Under the pieces are notes generated by a model. That model did no database searches and was not told where the DNA came from. It saw only the letters and a program-made list of their open reading frames with translations. The translations under genes and the position numbers were made by a program. Of a stretch of DNA of 64,000 nt, positions 54,101-64,000 are shown piece by piece. The DNA is from Eledone cirrhosa (lineage: Eukaryota). How positions within the stretch are numbered: position 1 is the first letter of the stretch; every line of letters begins with the position of its first letter. The stretch spans positions 76,074,001 through 76,138,000 of the forward strand of contig OZ024744.1 of NCBI GenBank assembly GCA_964016885.1. The letters are read 5' to 3'.

Positions 54101-56945
54101 CAACCTACGCTAGCCTTATCTGTTTCCCTACAGAATACCCTATCTAAATACGATGTGGATGACCCGATGCGGTTTGCCCATGTCCACATTGGCACATTCG
54201 GATAATCCAGTCTATACCTGTCAGACAGTTTAAAACGTCTGAGCAGGTTGTTGAGGCTTTTACAACCTCATGCCCTGTCTAGTAGCCTCACATAATCCCA
54301 GCGTGCTTCTAAGATACTGTTCCAGTTTCCCACTAACACTAAAAAGAAATATGGCCGTCCTGTCGCTGTTGCGGCGTAGACGGCTACTAGCCTGAAAGCA
54401 TTGCCTTCAATGCCGGTCACGTCTAGCACCACCGACTTACCTTCTGCGTCCAGGAAGATGGCCCATACGGCGAGATCCAAGCCTCTCTGAAAAAGTACTT
54501 CCACCCCTCCCCCGATTCTGGACGGCTGGGGGATGCGTATACATCGTAGCCGCCGAAGATCGGTACGAAGGCTCGTGCTTCGGAGATTCTGGACTCACTG
54601 ATAGCCACCACATCTATATTTAGTGACCTGAGGTCGTTGAGCAGGTAACCCTGCTTCCAAGATGACCCCAGGCCAAGTACATTTATACTGCCTATTCTAA
54701 GTACGGCCATGTTGGATGAGAAACGGGGTAAGTGAGAAAGGATCACTTACCTTGATCGTGTAGTAAAGTGACAGTAGAACCGTCACTTTGGCTGGTCATG
54801 GGTGTTTCCAAGAGGATGTCGGTGTATATCTTCTTGGTAACCGACCCTCTGAAGTCTCCAACTGCGTTGGGGAATTTTTGTTTTAAAAGTTTGTACTGTT
54901 CTATTTTGATTTCAATAATGTTTATGTTTGTCAGGAGAGTTCTTGGTGTTGGTGGGGTGTAGTAGTCGTTTTCGGTGATGTCTGTGTGCTGCTTTATATG
55001 TTGTAAGAGTTCTTTATTTGGCATGTTTATAGCTGTGTACTTTTTTTTGGGGGGGGGAGGGGTTGCTGTTTTCTTGTTGCTGTTGGGTGTGTGTATTTTG
55101 TTGTGTTTGCGATGTTGGTGGTTTTGGTGATGTTGATGGTGGTGTTGTTGTTGTTGTTGGTGGTGATGCTTGTGGTGGTGAGGGTGATGGAGGTGGTGTT
55201 GCTGCAAGTCTCTTTGCAGCATTTACCCCTCTTTGTCTGCATTCACTTTTGGAGGGTGAAGCTAAGGGTTTTTTTTTCTTTTTTTATGGCAGGCCGTTTG
55301 CCACTTCCCTCCTGCCTCATATTTCATGTCAGATTCCGTGGCATCTGGGAGGGGTATGAGCTCCACTGCTGTTGGTGGCGGTAGTGGAGCCCGCTCCGGC
55401 GATTTTGCTGCCGGTGTAGCTACTGCGACTGTTGGTGTTGCCGCCACTGCTGCCGCTGCATTAGTTGTCCGTGGCCTTGGTATGGGTGCCATGGACGTTT
55501 CCCTTCTACTCACCATGGAAGGATCTTCTGCCTCTGTTGCCTGCCCTGCTCTTGGTAGCAGCGTATCAGGCGTCGGACTGAGGGGGGGGGGGGGGGGGCT
55601 TTATTAGCTGTATTCTGCGGGCAAAAGGCCCTGAGGTGACGCTTCTGCCCACAGAGATAGCACTTTGGGCGCCTTCCTTCCACGCTATAGGGAGTTGGAA
55701 CCCTTCTTCGAGGTCTATGATGTCTGGGATGGCCTCGATGCACTCCTGGTCACTCTGTATTAGCATTTGCATGCCTATTCCTGACCAGTTCCCTCTTCCC
55801 ATTCTCTGTATTTGCAGTATGGTGGTCTTCCCCTCGATCTAGCCAGTACAGACGCGGCCAGCAAAGGTATGGGCACGTCGAACGGGACCTGGGTCACTTT
55901 GACCATCACAATTTTTTGCCCGTAGTAGGAGGGCACCAGGACTATCTCCTCACTCTTTAGGGTTTCCAAAGAGAGACCTCGCCTCTTGGGCGTGGCGAAA
56001 TGTACGTCTACTGTGGCGTACTTTTTGCTTCGGGTGATGTCAGTTTTGCGTGCTCAGACGCACCCCAAGGTGTTTTGGATTTGAGCCTCCTTGGCTCTCT
56101 CCACCCGATGTGACATTTTGCTTACGGTGCGGTAAGTCACCGTGCGCAGCTGCTGGTCTTTGAAGAAATCGGGTTGAGGTTTCAGCGAAACTCTATTGTC
56201 GTTTCTCGTACCATGGCTCTTGCGACTGCCATCTCCTCCTCCGTGACTAGCACTGTCTCTATATTTCGGGCCACACCTGCAAAAGAAGTGGACCCTTTTT
56301 CAGCGGCACCATTATTGCAGCCGCTGCTGCTGTTACTGGTCTTGTTGTTGGTGCTGTTGCTGTTGTTAATGCTACAAACGGTGTTGTTGGTGCTGTTGCT
56401 GTTATCACTGTTGTAGTTGGTTGTGTTTTTGGTGCCACCGTTGTTGTTTTCGGTGCAATTTGTATTGTTGCTGTTGGTGTTGTCGTTGTTTATTTTCTTG
56501 TTAGTGGTGTTAATATCGTTGTTGCATTTGTCGTCATTTTTTTCTGTTGTCTGTATTTTGGTTGACGCTGTTATTGTTGTAGTTGGTGTGGTATTTTTTT
56601 CAAAATTAGTGTTCTCAGTGTTGTCTTTGTTCACGTTGTTTGTGGTGGTGTTTGTTGTAAGAATTTCACTAGCCCTCCTCTCAAATTTTACGCCGTTATC
56701 ACACGACAGCAGACATATTGCTGGAGGGCGTGGTTCAGCCATGTTTTATTTTCAATAACTTTTTTTTAAAAAGTAAAATGTTCAAATATTTGGGCCAAAA
56801 GGCCCACATATTATACTTTCCCCTTCACAGGGCAAAGTCAAAGGGCTTATATCCCTTACACAACAAGAAATATTTAACAACAAATAATTTTAACAGGCAA
56901 ATAAAGCGACTTACTGGGAGCGAGCAAAATACGTCCGATTATACC
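51160..56945 (-). mobile_element. Near-full-length decayed Tx1/L1-clade LINE (ORF1 + ORF2)
   Basis: ORF1 pieces 56742 to 54745 with a CYLCGQKRHLRAFC knuckle; ORF2 from ATG 54710: APE (GSINV.GL, YLDR, TDHK, GYWKLN), RT (DQSKAFDRVDH), zf C-terminus. Confidence 0.92.

Positions 56946-57000
<55 letters not shown>
56946..57000. repeat. (AAT)n microsatellite (further tracts at 58042-58099, 58406-58426)
   Basis: Direct reading. Confidence 0.95.
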
Positions 57001-57001
<1 letters not shown>

Positions 57002-57004
57002 GTC

Positions 57005-58040
57005 GATAGATTCTAATTAAGGAGATCTGGAGGTGGAAGAGGTCTTATCAGCATAGAGGACTGTGTTCAGATGAAGAAAAACAACATACACAAATACGTG
57101 ACTGATAGTAAGGAGCCAATGCTCAGAATTGTACTGAAGGAGAGGACAATAGTCCAGGGGATGTCCAAGGAGGAAATAACAACAAGGAGAAAGAGCAGCC
57201 TTCATGAAAAATCCCTTCATAGTACCTTCTTTAAGAAAACTGAATTCAGAGATCCACAGCAGACATGGAACTGGTTGAAAAGAGGAGACATTAAAAAGGC
57301 TACAGAAGGAATGCTAATGGCTGCGCAAGAGCAGGCCCTCAGAAAGAAGTGGTTGAAACACCATATTTACAAGGAGGAGGCTAGCCCACTGTGCAGGATC
57401 TGTAGAGAGAGAGAGAGAGGAGTCTGTGGCTCACATTGTATCCGAGTGTAAACACCTAGCCCAGACTCACTATAAGGGCTGGAGACATGATGTGATGGGT
57501 AGGGTGATCTACTGATACCTATGCAAAGTAAATAATTTACCACATTCTGAGAAGTGGTATGAGCATAAGCCAGAGTCGGTGATAGAAAACGATCAGGTGT
57601 AGGTGCTGTGGGATTTTAGGATACAGACGGACAAGAAACTGGAACACAATAGACCTGACCTGGTGGTTTTGGACAAGGAAAAAAGATCGTGCCTGATTGT
57701 GGATGTGGCCTGCCCATTCGACACGAGAGTGCAAGAGAAGGAGAGGGAGAAAATTAACCGATACCAGGACTTAAAGTGGGAGGTAAAAAGGATTTGGAAC
57801 TGCCATGAAGTCAAAGTGGTCCCGATTGTCATAAGCGCACTAGGTACTATCTCAAAAAGTTTCCAGGGATGGTTAAAGAAAATTGGCCCCGCCCCGCTTT
57901 TGGAACACTTCAAAATGCATGCTTTCTGGGAACAGCAAGAACCCTCCGATACGTCCTGAATATCTGAGGCTGCAGGTAGTGGCTTGATATTCATTTCATC
58001 AAACTTTCCAGTTAACTAACATCAATGACTGAAACTCAAA

Positions 58041-58041
<1 letters not shown>
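57005..58041 (+). mobile_element. R4/Dong-like 3' fragment (CCHC + RLE)
   Basis: TEGMLMAAQEQAL, CRIC, LWDFRIQTDKKLEHNRPDLVV, KINRYQDL, VVPIVISALG. Confidence 0.88.
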
Positions 58042-58099
<58 letters not shown>

Positions 58100-58405
58100 T
58101 TGAGAACTAAAACAATACCAGTGGTTGTAGGCGCTCTGGGAATGATACCTAAGGGGTCTAACGACTACTTATCGCAAATCCCAGGAAACCCGCGTATAGG
58201 AGAAATACAAAAGATAGTACTAATGGGAACTGCCCATATACTAAGGAAGATCCTGTCAATATAAGTACATCACAAGTCTAAACACTAAGGATGCATGTGT
58301 GAATATGTGTGTTCTTTCTTGAACATGGCGGACCTTGTTGTCTCTTGAGGTCACTGGTTGTGACTTGGTGATAACTCGTATAAACATAAAGCAAGATAAA
58401 TGCAA
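58100..58405 (+). mobile_element. Second R4/Dong-like 3' terminal fragment
   Basis: TIPVVVGALGMI..IQKIVLMGTAHILRKILS; flanked by (AAT)n. Confidence 0.8.
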
Positions 58406-58426
58406 ATAATAATAATAATAATAATG

Positions 58427-61400
58427 TTTTCTTTATTAACCACAAGGGTTTACATAAAGTAGACATTAAGGACAGTACAGGACAATACAGGACGGTACAA
58501 ATGGGCATTTCTGCGTGTAAAAAAAACAGAGGTTGAAATAAAATAACAAAGAAAAATTCCCCAATAGGGGGGAGACTTCCGAGGGACATTTGTGGAGAAA
58601 GCCCATTAAGAGACCACAGTGGCCCTGACCACCAGGGGAAGTGCCCTCTCCCAGTTTTCCACCTTTAATTTACAGACACATACTCAGAGAAGGCCCATTC
58701 ATTCGGGCCATACTTGCTTCTCTCACCCATCTTTCAACAAAATGCTGGGAAGAGAGCACTTCCCTCTCTACCCTGATTTTCCTTTTCAAATGAAATTTGA
58801 AAAAGTTAATCAGGGCATCACCGAAGAGGTAAGTGCTCGTCTTCAGCCCTTTCAAACGTGTCCACCATACTATCTCTTTCGCCATGGCCACCAGACAGAT
58901 AAAAACTGCCTGCCCTTCCCGGCTAAAGGAAGGGGGCGGGGCAATCCTCACGAAGGAATCAGCTGATAGTTGGATCCGTCCTACACGTGACAGCAGGTGT
59001 TCGACATAAACCCACAAGTCAGCAATGCTCGGACACTGGACGAGTGCGTGCAGGACGGTTTCGTCGCCCTGCGCGCATCTCGGACATGCCCGGCTGACGG
59101 CACCTCCATGCCTGTAGAGTTTATCCCGAACTGGCAAAGCTCCTCGGTAGCACTGCCAGGCCAGGGATTTCTGGAAGTTGTCCATAGGCCCCGGCCCGAA
59201 AGTCCTTCCGAAGAGATTGGCTAGTTAATTTTCGTCGACGCCTAGAGTTTCTCCAAGTACGTCGTCGCTCCTCCCCTCCACTAATCCCCTATAGAACGCC
59301 AAGGTGGAGTTTCCACCGATCACATTGCCCGATTGGTCGAGGGCTGTGAGCGCCTGAAGACATTCCAGTCTCCAAGCGCTTCCTCTCGGTCTTCGCTTGA
59401 CCCAGGACTGCAGCTCCGTCAAGGAGACGAGCTGGGGAAAAACGCGTCTAGCAAACGGCGACCACACCTGATCACCGTCGAGGAAGAGGTGGAGATGTCG
59501 TAGCCTGAGCGCGTGTCTGCGCATCATCAGCCACGGCATGCCCAGCCCTCCACGTAGCGGGTGTTGACAGCAGATGGACCGCCTGACCATCGGAGCGCGT
59601 CCCTTCCACAAGAAGCGAAAGAGCAAACGCTCCAGCGAAGTCAGGCGGGGCTTAGGACAAGGTACGACGGTCAGGCGGTAGTAGATGACGGACGCGATGT
59701 ACGCGTTAGCCACCTCCGCTCGACCTTTCAGGGATAGCTTCCTCTCGGCCCATTTCTGGGTGAGAGAAGCCACCCTGCTCGTCACCTCGTCCCAGTTTTT
59801 GTCCGTCTGGAGGTCTGGACCGAACCAGACCCCTAGCAATTTAACCGGTCCGTCCGTCCAGCGCCCGACGACGCTGTTGGACGGCATGGACCTGCCTCTC
59901 CAGGTGCCGAGCTGTAGGCCCACTGACTTTTCCTGGTTGATCATTGCTCCTGTCACCGCTTCGTATTCTCTTAGTGTAGTGCCGATCGCCTCGATGTGTT
60001 TGGCGTTCAACACCACTACTGTGACATCGTCGGTATATGCTGACACGGATCTTCCGCATCCTAGTTCGCGCGGGACCCCCCTCAACGTCTCCAGTTTGTG
60101 CAGTAATGGCTCGAGAGTCAATACGTACAATAGGGACGAGAGGGGACATCCTTGGCGGACCGAGCGCATGATGTTGAACGGTTCCGAAAGGTGACCGTTC
60201 ACTCTCACTACAGAGCAGATGTCGCTGTGCATGGCAGCGATCCAGCCTCTGAAGACGGGCCCAAAGCCAGCCGCCCTCAGGACTGCCGCTAGGTAACGAT
60301 GGTCGACCCTATCGAAGGCTTTCGATTGATCTAAATTGATCAAAGACCCACCCTTGCCAGGTTCCCTAGCTACCCTCTCTACGATGTATCGCATGAGGTG
60401 TAGGTTGTCGTGGATGGATCTGTCGGGAATGGCGCATGTCTGTGCCTCTCCCACCAGACCACCAACGACAAGCGCCAACCTCTTTGCTAGCACCTTGGCC
60501 AAAATCTTGAACTCTGTGTTTAGCAGAGTTATGGGCCGGAAATTATCTATGTTATCCCTCTTGTTCGGATCCTTTCTCAGCAGCGCCACCGCTCCTCGGC
60601 TCACAGAGCTGGGAATTCTCCCGTTCTGTTGCCAGTTGCAGTAGACGTCCGCCAAGAGGCCTCCGAACAAGTTTGGCATTTGTACGTAAAGTTCATAGGG
60701 CAGACCATCCAAACCAGGCGATTTACCCCTTGTGCAACTAGTCATTGCATCCCGTACTTCAGCGGTTGTTATCGGCTTTTCGCAACACTCCGCCTCAGTG
60801 GCCGAAAGCCGCGGCAGTCCGTCGAGGTAGACACTAAAGTCCATCCCTCGATCCGGCCCGCCACTGCCCTCGAACAGTTGAGCGAAGTGTCGCTGAAAAG
60901 CTTCACACATTTGCCCGGGATCGAGTAGCATGCGCCCGTCGTGGTCCACCAAAGACCGGATCGTGGCTTTGTTGCCACGACGCGCCTCCGCCACTCGGGC
61001 CCATTGAACGGCTTTCGTCCCCTCGTGTCTGAGAGCACGCACCCTAGCTCTGACAACGCAGCCTTCGTGCTTTGCATTGAAGAATTGGTCAAGGGCCAAT
61101 TTCGCCGCAAGTACGTCGGTCGCGATGCCTTTGCTAAGCGCCTCATCTAATTTTCTAACTAATTCTCCCTCTGCTCTATTTTTCTCTATTGCTAAAGTCT
61201 TACTAAACCTAATGGATTCTATTCTAATTGCTCTTTTCAGAGCAAACCACCACTTGTTGTTGACGATGGCCCCCGTCAACGCCCACTTAACTAGTTCGCT
61301 AATCCTGTCTCTGTAGGCCTTGCGCGCTGGTAAGCACGCGTTTAGCTTCCAGTAGCCGGGTCCTCGCCTATGAAGCCTATCTAAGTCAAGCACACAGATC

Positions 61401-64000
61401 ACGAATTTGTGGTCCGTGTAGCTGACTATCTTGAATTGTGGACAGCCTATGCTAGACCTATCTATTTCCCTACAAAATACTCTATCTAGATATGATCTGG
61501 ATGACCCTATGCGATCTGTCCAAGTCCACATCGGTACATTCGGGAAATCCATTCGGTACCTGTCAGACAGTTCAAAACGTCTGAGCAGGTTGGTGAGACT
61601 CTTGCACCCTCCTTCCGTATCCACTAATCCCACACAATCCCAGCGTGCATCTAAGATCCCATTCCAGTCGCCCACTAACACTAAAGAGCGGGACGTTCCA
61701 AGAAAGGTCTCCAGACGCCGGAAGAAATCAGGCCGCCCTGCTCCTGTCGGGGCATAGACGGCCACTAACCTGAAAGCTTGCCCGTCTCCGCTGCAACTAG
61801 TCATTGCATCCCGTACTTCAGCGGCAGTTATCGGCTTTTCGCAACACTCCGCCTCAGTGGCCGAAAGCCGCGGCAGTCCGTCGAGGTAGACACTAAAGTC
61901 CATCCGTAAAGTGTCGCTGAAAAGCTTCACACATTTGCCCGGGATCGAGTAGCATGCGCCCGTCGTGGTCCACCAAAGACCGGAACGTGGCTTTGTTGCC
62001 ACGACGCGCCTCCGCCACTGGGGCCCATTGAACGGCTTTCGTCCCGTCGTGTCTGAGAGCACGCACCCTAACTCTGACAACGCAGCCTTCGTGCTTTGCA
62101 TTGAAGAATTGGTCAAGGGCCAATTTCGCAGAAAGCACGTCGGTCGCAATGCCTTTGCTAAGCGACTCGTCTAATTTTCTAACTAATTCTCCCTCTGATC
62201 TATATTTCTCTATTGCTAAAGCCTTACTAAACCTAATCGATTCTATTCTAATCGCTCTTTTCAGAGCAAACCACCACTTGTTGTTGACGATGGCCCCCGT
62301 CAACGCCCGCTTAACTAGTTCGCTAATCCGGTCTCTGTAGCCCTTGCGCGCTGGTAAGGGCGCGTTTAGCTTCCAGTAGCCGAGTCCTCGTCTATGAAGC
62401 CTATCTAAGTCAAGCACACAGATCACGAATTTGTGGTCCGTGTAGCTGACTATCTTGAATTGTGGACAGCCTATGCTAGACCTATCTATTTCCCTACAAA
62501 ATACTCTATCTAGATATGATCTGGATGACCCTATACGATTTGTCCAAGTCCACATTGGCACATTCGGGAAATCCAATCGGTACCTGTCAGACAGTTCAAA
62601 ACGCCTGAGCAGGTTGCACCCTCCACCTCCATCCGCTAATCCCACACAGTCCCAGCGTGCATCTAAGATCCCGTTCCAGTCGCCCACTAACACTAAAGAG
62701 CGGGACGTTCCAAGAAAGTTCTCCAGACGCCGGCAGAAATCAGGCCACCCTTCTCCTGTCGGGGCATAGACGGCCACTAGCCTGAACGCTTGCCCGTCTC
62801 CGCTGGTCACGTCCAGCACCACCAACTTACCCTCTGGGTCCAGGAAGATGGCTCGTATGGCGAGATGCAAACCTCTCCGAAAAAGCACAGCAACTCCTCC
62901 CCCGATCCAGGACGGCTGGGAGATGAGTACATATCGTAGCCGCCGAAGATCGGTGCGAAGGCCCGTGCTTCGGAGATTCTGGTCTCGCTGATGGCCACTA
63001 CATCTATGTTTAGTGACCTGGGGTCGTTGAGCAGGTGACCCTGCTTCCATGACGACCCCAAGCCACGCGCATTTATGCTGCCTATTCTGAGTGAGGTCAT
63101 GTTTAAAATAGAGTGGTAAAGATGGGAAAGACCACTTACCGTACTTTTCGTAGAGGAGGGATGGTTTTTCCATCCCTTTTCACTTGATCGTCTGGTGAAG
63201 GGACCGTTGAATCGTCCCTTCGGCTGGTCGTCTGCTCTTCTATGAGTATGTCCGAATATACTCTTCGGTTGATAGTCCCTCCTAGGTATCTGAAATGACC
63301 AACTGCGTTGGGGAATTTCGTTTTAATGTTTGTGTATTGTTTCTGTGCTATTTTTAGCAGTCTTATGCTAGTTGGCGTTTTGATTGGTGCTGGTATTATG
63401 TAGTCGTGTTGTGAAATGTCTGTGTGTTCAAGTATGTAAGTCATTAGTTTCTTGTTGTGTGTATTTATTGCCGTGCATTTGTTTTTCTGGGGGTGGGGTG
63501 TGGTTCTGCTATTTCCTTGTCGTTGTTGCTGCGTGTGTGTGTTTTGTTGTTGTGTTTGCGATGTTGGTGCTTGTGCTGGTGGTGTTGAAGGTGTTGTTGT
63601 TGTTGGCGGTGGGGTTGTCGCCGGTGGTGATGGTGGTGCTAGTGTGGGTGGTGATGGTGTTGGTGGTGTTGCTGCTGTGAGTCTCTTTGCAGTAGCCTTT
63701 ACCCTTTTTTCATTTCTTTCCTCCCTTTTCGAAAGCGACGATGCGCTGCTTCTGCGTTTGTGCCTTCTTACGACCTTTTGCCATCTCTCTCCCACCTCAC
63801 ACTCCATGTCTGATTCTGTGAGGTCGGGGAGGGGTACCAGCTCCACTCTTTCACTTGTTGTTGTTGGTGATGTTTGCACTGGAGTCTCTGTTGCAGCTGC
63901 ATTTGGTATTGCTGTTGTTGTTGTTAATATTTCCACTGCTGCTGCTGTTTTTGATTTCCGTGGCGTGGGTATGGGTGCCACGGACCTATCGTTCCTGGTT
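58427..64000 (-). mobile_element. Tx1/L1-clade LINE, better-preserved copy, running off the window end; internal ~1 kb duplication
   Basis: ORF1 C-terminus 63136..63981; ORF2 ATG 63100; APE (GDWNG, TDHK), RT (QGCPLS, YTDD), zf. Confidence 0.94.
58670..63100 (-). pseudogene. Tx1-like ORF2 (APE endonuclease-reverse transcriptase) with frameshifts and a premature stop at 59225
   Basis: ORFs 62807..63100, 61893..63173, 59225..62149 and 58670..59185 form consecutive domains. Confidence 0.88.

Noticed and set aside
59225-62149. Intact 974-aa active ORF2
   Set aside because: N-terminus is out-of-frame sequence from the duplicated segment, and it ends at a premature stop before the zinc-finger region

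Overview
Repeat-saturated, AT-rich animal genomic DNA with no convincing host protein-coding gene. The SINE families and microsatellite load look cephalopod/octopus-like, which is an inference only. Most ORF-track entries are translations of (TA)n/(CA)n/(TATG)n microsatellites. The real coding remnants are retrotransposons: Tx1/L1-clade LINEs (a 3' fragment, a near-full-length decayed copy, and a copy with a ~1 kb internal duplication), RTE LINEs, R4/Dong-like and CRE-like restriction-endonuclease LINEs, and several Penelope-like elements (PLEs: RT plus GIY-YIG). tRNA-derived SINEs and small DNA-transposon ends are also present. The most striking unannotated signal is about 20 type-I hammerhead ribozyme (HHR)-like motifs from many distinct families. 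Most lie in short non-coding units set in (TA)n tracts, often as fold-back (inverted-repeat) structures, and some families have very long stem II or altered cores. Microsatellite-associated R4/Dong-like insertions occur in (TAA)n and (TATG)n. Coordinates were read by eye and may be off by a few bases.
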